Position numbers and translations under genes: made by a program
Shown here: piece after piece, positions 23,120-35,597 of the stretch
Numbering within the stretch: position 1 is the first letter of the stretch
How the letters are laid out: each line of letters opens with the position of its first letter
The notes under the pieces: generated by a model
What the model was told of the DNA's origin: nothing
The model's input: the letters and a program-made list of their open reading frames with translations, nothing else
Database searches by the model: none
Source: Octopus bimaculoides
Lineage: Eukaryota
Direction: 5' to 3'
Length of the DNA stretch: 63,713 nt
Assembly: GCF_001194135.2 (NCBI RefSeq)
Contig: NC_068983.1
Coordinates: 80,359,630 to 80,423,342 of the forward strand

Positions 23120-24300
23120 TTCCCTCTTTCACAGGTACCCTCAACCACGTGGGTGTGGCACTTTTTCACACAGCTATCCACACAGCTATCCATTCTTGCC
23201 ACATGAACATACCAGCACAATCGTCTCTGTTGCACACCACAACTGATGCTTCTTAGGTCCAACTTTTCTCTCAAGGTACTTACACTCTGTCGAGTATGCA
23301 CACTGACATTCCATATCCATCAGAGCATACTGGCTTCATTTCTTTCGAGCTTACGCATGTCCTCAGTAGTCATGGCCCATGTTTCACTGCCATGTAGCAT
23401 GGCTGTTCGTACACATGCGTCATACAGTCTGCCTTTTACTCTGAGCGGGAGGCCCTTTGACACCAGCAGAGGTAAGAGCTCTCTGAACTTTGCCCAGGCT
23501 ATTCTTATTCTAGCAGCTACACTTTCAGCGCACCCTCCTCCACTACTGACTTGGTCACCTCGGTAATGGAAGCTATGAGCTACTTCTAGTTTTTCTCCCT
23601 GGAATGTAACAGAAGTTGTTCTCTGCACATTTTCAGTGTTTATTGCTCCGGAGCATCTGCCACATACAAAAACTATCTTCCTAGTTAGCCTTCCTTTGAT
23701 GTTGCTGCACCTCTTATGTGTCCATAGCTTATACTGGGTATATTTTATGGAGTTTCTACCTATGCCTTTTCTACAGATCGAGCAAGGCCATCTACCTGAA
23801 GGGGTTTGTGGTTTGTCTACCTTCCTACTTAGGACTTTGGTTTTAGCTAGGTTGACTCTAAGGCCCTTCGATTCTAATCCTTGCTTCCACACCTGAAACT
23901 TCTCTAGTTCTGATAGTGACTCAGCAATTAGTGCAAGGTCATCAGTATAGAGGTGCTCTCAGGGGTATGCTGTCTTGAATTCCTGTGTTATTGCTTGGAG
24001 GACTATGATAAATAGGAGGGTGGCTTAGTACTGAACCTTGGTGGACCTGTACCTCTACCTGGAATTCTTCACTGTACTCGTTGCCAACCCTCACCTTACT
24101 GACAGTGTCCCTGTACATGGCTTGTACAGCTCTCACTAACCATTCGTCTATCCTTAGTTTCCTCATTGACCACCAGATAAGGGATCGGGGTACCCCGTCA
24201 AAGGCTTTCTCCATGTCGATGAAGGCCAGGTACAGAGGTTTATCTTTGGCTAGGTATTTCTCCTGCAGCTGTCTTACCAGAAATAAAGAAGATAAATCAG
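23120..24300 (-). mobile_element. RTE-clade LINE reverse transcriptase fragment, frameshifted
   Basis: RQLQEKYLAKDKPLYLAFIDMEKAFD...VHQGSVLS, then GLRVNLAKTKV, and RIAWAKFRELLPLL...LHGSETW...KLERNEASML. Confidence 0.92.
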
Positions 24301-24727
24301 GTGAAGGAGAATAATGTTGTTTATAATGAAGAGCTTGTCTGTCCTGACATGGCTTTTTGTTTTTTTGTATGCAGTCAGTCAATTCTTTGGTAAAACTGTT
24401 TCATTCTCTTTGATAAGGTAGCAGTAATATACAGGAGACCTTGTAATTAATGGTAATAGTAATGATGATGATGCGGGTGATTTAGGTATGAGGCCGGCAA
24501 TTTTGAGATTAAGAGGCGGAACTAGATGTTACTATCAATCCCAAGCACATAAAGAACCAGTTAAGTATTAAGTACAGGGTTTGATGGTATGGACTTAATC
24601 CTCACCACTCAAAATTGCTGGCCTCATGCCTAAATTCAATGATAATTATTGTTGTTGTTTGGATTGGCAGAGTCATTAGAGCATAGGAAGAAATACCTTA
24701 CAGTATTTATTTTGACATTCTTCGACA

Positions 24728-25060
24728 TTCGTTGCCAGTGCCCATGGGCTGGCTCTTGTGCGAGTGACAGATGAGGTTTTTCGAGCGAGATCGTTGCCGG
24801 TGCCCTTGGGTTGACTCTTGTGCGGGTGGCACATGAAAGACACCATTTCGAGCATGGCCGTTTTCATGCGGGTGACACGTAAAAGCACCCACTACACTCT
24901 CTGAGTGGTTGGCGTTAGGAAGGGCATCCAGCTGTAGAAACTCTGCCAAATTAGATTGGAGCCTGGTGTTGCCATCCGGTTTCACCAGTCCTCAGTCAAA
25001 TCGTCCAACCCATGCTAGCATGGAAGGCGGACGTTAAACGATGATGATGATGATGATGAT
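24728..25060 (+). mobile_element. RTE 3'UTR copy with (GAT)n tail
   Basis: High similarity to the reverse complement of 19503-19760. Confidence 0.85.
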
Positions 25061-25450
25061 TCTTTGTTCTCGGTTCAAACCCCACTGAGGCTATCATTGC
25101 TTTTCTTTCTACTGGGCTCAATGAAATGAAGTACCAGTCAGGTATTAGGTGTGATTTAATTGACTAGCAGCTCCTTCTAATTTTCAGGCCTTGTACTTGA
25201 ATTAGAAAGGATCATTAACAACAACAGCAACAACAATAATTATTGTGCAAACAACAAAGATTATGCTTTTAATAGGTGTGCAATAACTGTAAAACATCAC
25301 TAAAAAAAAATGTAATGAGATGACATTTTTAATGATATCACAAATATTTCTGATATTAAATATGTATTTGTATTTGATGATGATGTATAGTTTGGTTTTC
25401 TTACATGAAAATGCAAATACCTTAAAAGAAGCCAATAATCACTGTTCCAG

Positions 25451-25616
25451 ATTTATGAATAAACACACTGAAGAACTTTATCAGCATATTCTTACTTCAG
25501 TAAAGAATAAAAAAAAAAAATATTGGCATATTGTTCAAGAACGAATGCAGAAACAAATCCTACTGAGAATATCGTCCTGCTGTCAAATAGCTAGTAAATT
25601 AACATCACACTACAAA
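25451..25616 (+). CDS. CNTD1: CNTD1-like coding exon 3 (FMNKHTEELYQH...QILLRISSCCQIASKLTSHYK)
   Basis: ttccag acceptor and AAA|gtaaga donor, phase 2 to 0. LRISSCCQIASKL matches CNTD1 LRLVSCVQLASKL. Confidence 0.93.
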
Positions 25617-26088
25617 GTAAGATTGGTAATTAAAGTTTTAAATTTCTACAGATTCTTATGCATATTGGCTTAATTCTCTTTTATGAATTTAAAAAAATTC
25701 TTCATATAGTTAGTTTCACACCTGGGACATAATCAGTTATTTGTGTTACAGTTAAAAGTATTTAGCAGTTGCATTGAAGCTTCGGTCATTTCTGGTAGCC
25801 AGAGTATGACCATTATCTGTATTACTTTTTCTTTCTTGTAGACACACTGTAGCCATTGTTTATATATTAACCCATAAACTGCTGGGATTTTGCTGTATGT
25901 AACACGAACTGCTGAGCCTATTTTGGGTAAAGATCAACATCGATCTATCACTCGAAAAAAAATACTCAGTGTTTCTTAACACCTTCTGTAATTGGCTACA
26001 CTGTTTCTGGGGTGAAAGGGTATTGTGTGCATACATTATATGTCATCAAAATTAGGTCAGATCATGCCCTACTTCTGTGGCCACGAAC

Positions 26089-26165
26089 GTGGCCTGTTGC
26101 ACTGTCGTGTTGGCCACTGAGGTGGCCTATTGCACTGTCGTATTGGCCATTGAGGTGGCCTATTG
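26089..26165. repeat. 33-bp tandem repeat, about 2.3 units
   Basis: gtggcct(g/a)ttgcactgtcgt(g/a)ttggcca(c/t)tgag starting at 26089, 26122 and 26155 (partial). Confidence 0.9.
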
Positions 26166-27553
26166 TAGTTTATGGGTTAAATATATACTGCTTTTGAGAT
26201 TGAAGATTTTTATTGAATTACATTGATCAGTTCAAACAATTAAGTTCAATCTTCATGGCTAACTTATGCAGAAATAAACTCTGTTTATACAAATATTTTA
26301 TAAAGTCTACAATGTCCCAATGCCAACCTTATAATTTAAAATATAATGAACTTGGCTGTGGCTTGGATAATGAGGTAATCTTGCCAAATGGGTCCTGGAT
26401 AATATATATAGAAGTATAGAAGTACATCATGTCACAGAATCACTAAACAACTGGTTAGAATCATGAAGAAATATTCACCAGAAAGATATATTCTCATCAG
26501 GCATGTTCATAGAAATTTTGTAAGAAACTCATGAAGGCCCACATAATATTTATTGTTTTGTTATATAAATTGTAATTAAATAATGGTATTTACATGCATG
26601 TGAAAAATATACTTCATGATGAACTATATGGAGATTTTGTATCTACATTCATATCCATTAATTGTGAACTATGTAAACCTGTATTCTCCATTCAGTTTTA
26701 CTCTAATATTAAAAAACAATATTAATTTAAAAACTATATGTTGTTAATAGCTATCATTATGGATTGGCAGAACCATTAGTGTTGAACAAAATGCCTTGTG
26801 GTATTTAGTTATGACCTTTTATTTTCTGAGTTCATATCCCACTGAAGTGAACTTTGTATTTCATTCTTTTGGGTTTCATAAATGAATACTGAGCAAAAAA
26901 CTGGGGTTGGTTTAATCAGCTGTACCTCTATATAATATGAAATTGTGGCTATGTGCCATTATTTGAAAATCAATAGGTATTATCATCAAACAAATTACAC
27001 TATGTAACAAGAGTTTTATTTTTTTGTCTTTGGTCAGTAACTGTTATTTCCTATTTGCTTTTATCTAGAAATCAAAGAAAATGATTTTTATTCCCTTCTA
27101 ATTTTGTCTTTGTGACCTGGACATAAATGTTTTGAAACTGACCTATTTTCCATTACATTTCAGACGTATTCAGCACTGAGTTGCAAAAGCAGAAATATTG
27201 CTATAGCAAATATTCTGCTCAATACCACAGATGTGCTTTTCAGTTGCTTGACCTTAACCAATTGAGCATATCCCTTAGTGGCTGACAATATATGTGTCTC
27301 TAATCATGAGCAAGAGTAGTGGGGGAGTATCATAGTCATGTTTTGAGAGAGATTCTTTAGAGTTTGAATAAATGTAACTTAAGCAAAGTTTGAAGGAAAT
27401 ATTAGCCATTTTTCATACTTTCTAGGAGTATGCAAATAGGAAATGACAGTAGCTACCCAGGGACAAAAATCATGTTACACAGTGTTATATAATAATGTTT
27501 CTATTGGTGTCTGTTATGAAAAAAATCTACATATATGATTATTGTTACCTCAG

Positions 27554-27716
27554 GTCATAATAAATTCACAAATTAAGAACTTCTTGTCAGAATTTGACCT
27601 GAATTACAGTACAGAAAGTATTTTACAATCTGAAATACGTGTTCTTAAAACATTAAATTATGAAGTCTCCACTGCATCCCCAGTAACGTCTTTAGAAATC
27701 ATCTTGGAAATCTTAG
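27554..27716 (+). CDS. CNTD1: CNTD1-like coding exon 4 (VIINSQIKNFL...ILQSEIRVLKTLNYEVSTASPVTSLEIILEIL)
   Basis: cctcag acceptor and G|gtgagt donor, phase 0 to 1. SEIRVLKTLNY...P...EIILEILG matches CNTD1 SELDVLKSLNF...P...ETLLEVLG. Confidence 0.93.
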
Positions 27717-27861
27717 GTGAGTTATATTCAGTATGTATCACAGTATTTATTTAAAATATAGTAATTTACATTCTAGTAGACAACCAACTGAAAAGTCAGC
27801 AATTTGTGTCTACTTATATTCAGTCATCAGTACTGTGTTGTATCTGTAGTTATTAATTACC

Positions 27862-28076
27862 AAGTCGGCAAGCTGGCAGGCTCATTAACACACTGGACAA
27901 AATGCTTGGCAGCATTTCATCTGTTTTAATGTTCTGAGTTCAACTTCTACTAAGGTCAACTTAGCTCTTCATCCTTTTGGGTTTGCTAAAGTAAGTACCA
28001 GTTGAATACTGGGTTGATGTAATTGACTTAACCCCTCCCTTGAACTTACTGGCCTTATGCCAAAATTTGAAATCAT
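27862..28076 (+). mobile_element. tRNA-SINE family B
   Basis: Family B head, core and tail (ggccttatgccaaaatttgaaa). Confidence 0.75.
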
Positions 28077-29036
28077 TAATTATAAAGTCCTTGTAGTTCT
28101 ATGTAGATTGTACATTTAACCCAATGCCCAGTATAATGCCACTGTCTGACACTTCAATCTGACACTTCATCTAATTTGCTGGAAGTATCTACACCTAGAC
28201 CAATGCATAAAAAAAAATTGCTAGTTACCATGCAGCTAATGATTCATTTTCTTCCTCCTTTTTCTCCTCCCATACCTAGAGATTCTGCAAAAGTTATGGA
28301 CACTGTTCTTCATCCTCACACTAAGGCACTTTGAATGATTGTTGTATTGCCTCAAAATACCTTCAGTCAAATAGATTTGTGTTCAAAGGAGTTTCCAGTT
28401 ACAACTAAGAAGGGAAAATAATTAAAGCTGTATTTCTCAAGAGTGCTGTTAGGCCTAAGTCAGGTCATTTTGGTAGGAACTTAAACCTAATCCATCATGA
28501 TTCTCTGAGAAATTATCACTGTAACCCAGCTCTTGTTGTTTGATAAATAAATCTTATTGTATTTATTTATACATTTATCTACATAGGTTATATCTCATTT
28601 GGTGCGCAATGGCATTGTTGATTACATTTTTCCAAATGAGCTAATCACTGGTCCATTGCATTTCTGGCAAGAGTGATAAGGATGTGTCTTTGCAACTAGT
28701 GCAGAACAAATATAATACCATGAATATGCACAATACATACACAGGCACACATGCGTACACACACATACATACCCATATGATGAGGTTTTGCACAGTTTTC
28801 ACTGCCAAATTTCACTCACAAAGCATTTATCAATGCAAGACTGTGTCAGAGGATACTTACCTAAGTTGTCACATTAACTATTGTTAAATAAACTATTAAC
28901 AATATAGAAAAGAATATTAGAATGTATGTCATTTTTTAATACTATTCACATTATATATTACAATTTATTTTTTCTTGCAATCTGAAGTTATTATAAATAC
29001 TAAGATTTTTTTACATTTTTTTCTTTTATTCATAAG

Positions 29037-29181
29037 GTTTTGAATTTCCAGATTTAGATACAAAAATTCTTCATATGATATCTGTAAAAATAATGGATCT
29101 TGTGTATTTAGAACACAAAACTGCTTATAATCAGCTGTTTAAAAGAGTAACTGGTCAACAACAGTTCACTGAATCAGAAAG
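29037..29181 (+). CDS. CNTD1: CNTD1-like coding exon 5 (GFEFPDLDTKILHMISVKIMDLVYLEHKTAYNQLFKRVTGQQQFTESE)
   Basis: Polypyrimidine tract plus cataag acceptor and AG|gtaaat donor, phase 1 to 2. DLVYL...Y..L matches CNTD1. Confidence 0.9.
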
Positions 29182-30620
29182 GTAAATTACTACATATATA
29201 TTTATATATATATATATTACCTTACATCCATTTTTTTCTTAATACTTGCTTGGGTTGGACGGTTCTTCCCCAACACAGCATATTGCCACTTGTGTTCTTT
29301 GTCATCTCCTTCACGAAGTTCATCTTCCTGAACTCTGTCTTCACAGTTCTTCCTATGCTTTTCTCAGTCTTCCTTTTCTGCATGTTCATTTCACTTAGGT
29401 TACTTGGCACACATCTCTGTTTAATTGTGATAATTCAGTTTCTGAACATATTTGGTAATCTTTGAGTTTTCTCTGTGAGTTCTTTATCTATTACTATAAA
29501 TTGTTTTTATTAATATAAATTCATCAACACTGATTAAATGTTTCCTGCTTTGTTTTCAACATAATAGTTTCAGATTTTAAAGTCATTGTATACATGAATT
29601 TTGTGGTAAAATATTTTCAGGAAAAATGTCCATTGGCTTAAGGTCTTAAGATGACAGTTATAGTTGGTCTCTGTTCAAAGATGGTATCTTGTGTATAATC
29701 TGGTTGAGTAGTAAGGTACCAGGTATTGTTGAATGTTTTAGAGTGCTATTTTGTTGATTTAGAGTATTGATGTAAAAACAAGGTTTCTTTAAATTAATAC
29801 TTCATAAGAGTGCTTTATTTTATCCTTACAAAGCTCTACTCAGAATATTTATATATGTATATCTAAAGAAATTTGTTGGTAATAGAGTGCAGTATTAAAA
29901 AAGCAGATTTATTATTCTCATGTAAGTATAAAATTAATTAATTGCAACAGAGCTGAAGCATATTTATAATATAAAACTTTAAAGGAACAAACAAACAGAC
30001 AAAAACCCAAATGAGAAACAAAAAGGAAGAAAGTTCTATAATAGCTTAAATTTTGTCTGTAAAACTTCAGAATTTAAGAGATTGAGTCTTATTAACAATA
30101 TCCTAAAGACCATTTTTGATTTATTATTGTGAAAGAGGGACTTGATGTGATGAGATTAGTTTTTTGTATGCCTGCTCAATATTAGCATGTTGCACTGTTA
30201 AATCTCACTATTTGACTATTTGTAGTCAGTTTTAGTTTTTGCTAAAATGTCTTTAATGGAATTAAATATACATTCTACTAAATATGATGTCATTGAAACA
30301 TTGTTTCTCATTTTATAATTGTTGTGATGTCATATTTCAATGAATAGTGTAAATGATCACTAAGAGTTTTTGCAATTAAATATTGTTGATGTATCATTGC
30401 AGTGCACTTTCACTATCTTTAGCACTGACTTACTTTAATGTGAAAATAATGTACAGTAGTGGCCCATCATCACTGGAGTTCCATCAGTTGCAGTGTCAGA
30501 TTTGTAAAAGTCATTTCTTTAAATAAAAAAAAAAACCCAACATTTTACAACAAAAAATGCTGACCCTCTTTTAGTATCTATTTTCAAATATCTGGCTAAT
30601 AACACCTGAGTTGTTTTCTC

Positions 30621-30826
30621 CAGTACCTCCTGACTGGCCTTCATGCCAGTAGCACATAAAAGCACTCACTACACTCTCGGAGTGGTTGGCGTTAGGAAGG
30701 GCATCCAGCTGTAGAAACTCTGTCAAATCAGATTGGAACCTGGTTTAGCCATCTGGTTTACCAGTCCTCAGTCAAATCGTCCAACCCATGCTAGCATGGA
30801 AAGCGGACGTTAAACAATGATGATGA
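30621..30826 (+). mobile_element. RTE 3'UTR terminal copy
   Basis: ctacactctcggagtggttggcgttagg...gcatggaaagcggacgttaaacaatgatgatg. Confidence 0.85.
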
Positions 30827-31753
30827 AACAGAATGTAAGCTCACAATAAAGTTTAATTTATTTATATTTTGGTAGAATTGATTCAGTTGTAACAAAACTC
30901 AGGCAGTCCTCAAAACAATTGCATAATGTATCTTCCACATTTTTGCCCAGTTCATCAATTTTTCATTTTTTTGTAGTATTTGTTCCAAGGAATTTCATTG
31001 ATTATGTCAGGCACTGGTTGTACAGCATAAGTATATAGAACCCCACTAGCAACTGCAAGGATTGATTCTTTGTGGTTTTCTGGATTTGGCAATCAATAAT
31101 GATATTATGTAAGAGGTACATAAACTATAATTTTCTTGCATTAATGTTGATGAAAACATATTAGGTAATTTTAACCATTTGCAAACTGGTCTCAAAATAC
31201 TTTAAAATTAAAATAAATCATTATTTGTCTTATTGGATGAATTTTTTCAAGTACTTTTTTAATCTTGAAGGTTTCTTATTGGAAAACACTTTTTGACAAA
31301 TCATACAAATTGGTAATAGATTTTGGTAATGGAATAAAATCATATCTTTAAATATTCAATACTTTTCTGCTGGCATTTCTTCTTTGGTTTTTGCCATGGT
31401 TATATCTGTAAAAGATTATATTATTATCAATATAATCTTTTTTGTATTATTCTTTCAATAAGATCATACTATCACTGTTAATGCGGTTGACAGTTTTACA
31501 AGCAACTATGAATTTGTATTTTCTGCTCCATTCCTCCCTCGCTACCATTTACCTTCCAATGTCCCATACCACTCTTTTGCCTATCAGTACCCCTTTTGAG
31601 GCTTTCATAATTCCTGAGGGAATAGTAGGATCCCCTGGGGAATCATTGGTCTAGACTGTTCATTGTTTTATTTTATCCTTTATTATATTGTTATTTTTGT
31701 AATTTTTCAAAATGTATTGCTTCCTAAGAAACATGTATATATCTTATTTTCAG

Positions 31754-31850
31754 AGAAAAATTTTTATCGGTTACAAATAATAAGATGTTCTTAGTAGTCA
31801 GCCTTATAGCAGCAGCTACATATATAATTGATAAAACATCTACTGATAAG
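31754..31850 (+). CDS. CNTD1: CNTD1-like coding exon 6 (REKFLSVTNNKMFLVVSLIAAATYIIDKTSTDK); gene 3'-partial
   Basis: ttttcag acceptor and AAG|gttagt donor, phase 2 to 0. EKFLSV...LIAAA matches CNTD1 EKFTSVKEDFMLLAVGIIAAS. The six exons total 840 nt with no stop. Confidence 0.9.
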
Positions 31851-33868
31851 GTTAGTTTAAATACCTTTATTTATGAATGCATACATCATACAGATAAGAC
31901 AGCTTATTTAATACTTGATGTTTGGTGTAATCTTTGTGTTCAGTATTATGATGGATGATGAAAAAAAATTGGTTTGACTTTTGCAAGCTGATTGGGCCAT
32001 AAATAAGTTGACAAAATTCTATGCAGCTAGCAAATTTAACAGGTGAAGAATGGATTTATCACTATATTCTTTTTTTTTTTATCTTCTTATTTTTGAAGCC
32101 TAAAGTCAAAAAGTTCATTTGTTGTTATATTACCCCTTTTCCTCTGGTTTCATTCAAAGGAACTAAAATCAAATAGCTGCAACTAAATTGCTTATCATTA
32201 GTTGGGACCACAATATACCAGTAGCTAGTAAGATATTTCTATGCTTAGTCTGCATGTGTGTGTGTGTGTGGTGTGTGTGTTTGCACGTGTGTGTGTGTGT
32301 GGTGTGTTTGTTTGCACGTGTGTGTGTGTGTGTGTGTATAGAAAATTGATAAGAATTCAGTTACTATAGCCCAAATTAGAGATGTGGGTGTGTTAGGTAT
32401 ATTAAGTGTTATAATGCACCTTTGTAAGTCATTGTATGAACTATCAAGATCTAATCAGTAAAAGTTAGGTATTGGGTTATCTTCATGTTGGCTAATTATT
32501 GGTTAATGTTGAACTGCTTTTATGTTATAATCAGTGCTGATTAAGTATTGATTAGTGTTGAGCTGCACTTACATTTCATTAAGTGTTAGTTGTTGTGTAT
32601 AAAATGGACAACTGTTGTTCTTGATGTGTTAAATATATAGAAGGAGAAAGGTTCTAATTTTGTAGCTGAAGATAACCAAGACAAAATTAAATAAAAGAGG
32701 TGACTGTGGTAATGATTATTTGAGAGAAGCAGTTCTTAGAAAACCATTCCTACGAGTAGGGAAAAAAATAGTAGAAAGCATTATTAAAGACTTGTGCTAT
32801 TAACTTCATTTAAGCATTTTGTGTGACACTAGATTTTGATAGGTATAATCACAGATAATCTTCAGGTGGCATGTTTTTTTGTACATTTGGAATGTAGAGT
32901 TAGGATTACCACCATCTATTTCAAAGTTTATAACTGAGTTTTAGTTATTTTATCCACCATGTTAGTGTTGTAGAAGTTGTTTTAATCCACTATGTTATTG
33001 TTTTAATGATAGCTGGAGACAATACTGATTAAAACACTGTGCAACTTTAAAAAAGGAAACCAAAACAGAAAGTGCATACAAATGCAAATATAGTCAATTT
33101 TTATTACTCTAATAATAATTTCTCTCAGAAAATATAAAAATGTTTGAAAAATATGCATGAGAATTGGAAATGAGTGTATGATAAAAATAAAATAAAGTTA
33201 AATATGTGTAAGATATCATTTAATGAATTCGGGGTTTAACTTAGCTATAATCTATTCCTTACTTGAAAAAGGAGTTTGTAAACATGTCACGCTATTTTGG
33301 AAAGGCAACAATTGAGTTCATTACGGTTGGAAATAACACTTCTGTCAGGTTGTCAGTATGTGTGATAGTGACATAAGGAGCTAGACATAGTGATTAATGA
33401 GCAAAGAAAAATATATATAGAAGGAAAATTAACTGCAGGATAAAATAGAAAGATGAAAAAAATAATGATAAACCAGTAGTTAAAAAAACAAAACAAAACA
33501 AAAAAGAAAAAAAAACAAAACAAAACATTTTCAATTTTTCTGAAAGTTTGAAATGTATGGAGATGAGAAGTAGGGAATATTGAAGAAGCAGCAGTAAGGA
33601 ATGTATTGAGTGAATTAGTATCAATTACTTACATTCTAGGTGTTTGGGAAATAATGTCTGTAATCTATGTGTAAAGGGCCTAATATAAAATGATTGATCA
33701 ATAAACATTATTGGTAAATATCTTGGTGACATTAAAAATTGCATAATGATGAAAATTCATGGTAAATTCATGCAAAGAAATTTTGTTAATTGGATTGCAA
33801 ATATGTTTCTTGTATATATAAAAAGTGAATTTTATAAAGTATGTATTAGAACTTATGTTCTGAGGGGT

Positions 33869-34242
33869 TGTTGTTGTTGGCACTCCGTCGCTTATGACGT
33901 CGAGGGTTCCAGTTGATCCGATCAATGGAACAGCCTGCTCGTGAAATTAACGTGCAAGTGGCTGAGCACTCCACTGACATGTGTACCCTTAACGTAGTTC
34001 TCGGGGATATTCAGTGTGACAAGGCTGACCCTTTGAATTACAGGCACAACAGAAACTGGAAGTAAGAGAAAGTTGTGGTGAAAGAGTACAGCAGGGTTCA
34101 CCACCATCCCCTGCCAGAGTTTCGTGGAGCTTTTTAGGTGTTTTTGTTCAATAAACACTCACAACGCCCGGTCTGGGAATTGAAACCGCAATCCTATGAC
34201 TGCGAGTCTGCTGCCCTAACCACTGGGCCATTGCGCCTCCAC
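33869..34242 (-). mobile_element. tRNA-SINE family D, full length with TSD
   Basis: tRNA-like head (A-box tggcccagtgg, B-box-like ggtttcaattccc), (CAA)n tail, and a 10-bp TSD TCTGAGGGGT at 33859-33868 and 34243-34252. Confidence 0.92.
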
Positions 34243-35139
34243 TCTGAGGGGTAATAAACCTCAAATAATAAATAAAGAATCTATAATAGTAAACATATTT
34301 GAATATGCATAATGTCAGTTTTTGAAAGGAATGAACAGATTCAGTTGAATAACCCTCAGTGTGTTACTGGTACATATTTTATTGACTTTGGAATATGAAA
34401 TTCAGAATAAGGAGATATCAAACTGTTCACTGTGCATTTATTATTGGTTGGCATACTTCAGCAAATAATTTGTTTGCTGAAGTTATAAACAAGAGCCACA
34501 ATCTCTTGTTAAATTCATTAGTCTAGTGTGCTTTTATATATGATGAAATGATCGTATACAGTGCTCAGGTGCATTACAATTCATCAGAAAAGTAGCCAAA
34601 GGTGCATGAACACTACATAAAATAATGCACAGGAAGGGAACAGTGAATGAGTTATTAAAACACACACACACATACACAAGAGGGGGCATCAGGTGCACTG
34701 TTGGTGAATTTTAGGAAGTGGGAAAATTTTGACGACTAGTGTCCCAATAACCAACTACTGATGCAGGTAGTTTTTCCATGATTTAGCAATTCTGAGCAGT
34801 GTTGAAACACTGATATTTAGAGTCCCTTTATGCTAATTGCCTTAAAGGATAAGTTGTTCTCCTTTACAAAACACAACACATTTGCATTTGAATCTGCTGG
34901 AACATATTAATAGTAAAAATGCCAGTCATTGTTGTGGTGAGATATCAAACAATACATCATAAAATAACGAGTGGTTCTGTGTTATTTGCAGCAACTCTTC
35001 AGTTTGCAAAAATTGCTTATGATAAAACACAAAGCCAGTTTTTAGATGTCTTATGTAATTTGTCAATTTGTATTGTGTGGTGAATTTTGCAGTAAGAATT
35101 CAACTAGATACTTTTACTTTATGGTATCTTGTTGACATA

Positions 35140-35301
35140 GGCACAGGAGTGGCTGTGTGGTAAGCAGCTTGCTTACCAACCACATGGTTCCAGGTTCAGT
35201 CCCACTGCGTGGCACCTTGAGCAAGTGTCTTCTACTATAGCCTCGGGCCGACCAAAGCCTTGTGAGTGGATTTGGTAGACGGAAACTGAAAGAAGCCCAT
35301 C

Positions 35302-35358
<57 letters not shown>

Positions 35359-35597
35359 TATGTGTGTATATATATGTTTGTGTGTCTGTTTTTGTCCCCC
35401 CAGTATCGCTTGACAACCGATGTTGGTGTGTTTACATCCCCGTAACTTAGCGGTTTGGCAAAAGAGACCGATAGAATAAGTACTAGGCTTCCAAAGAATA
35501 AGTCCTGGGGTCGATTTTCTCGACTAAAAGGCAGTGCTCCAGCATGGCCGCAGTCAAATGACTGAAACAAGTAAAAGAGTAAAAGAGAGTAAAGAGT
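35140..35597 (+). mobile_element. tRNA-SINE family A, full length
   Basis: A-box-like tggctgtgtgg (35150-35160), B-box-like ggttcagtccc (35193-35203), central (TA)27 at 35303-35356, and an (agagtaaa)n tail. Confidence 0.92.

Noticed and set aside
35140-35215. tRNA gene-like A/B boxes (also at 34170-34242)
   Set aside because: These are SINE heads: no full cloverleaf, and they are attached to multicopy SINE bodies.
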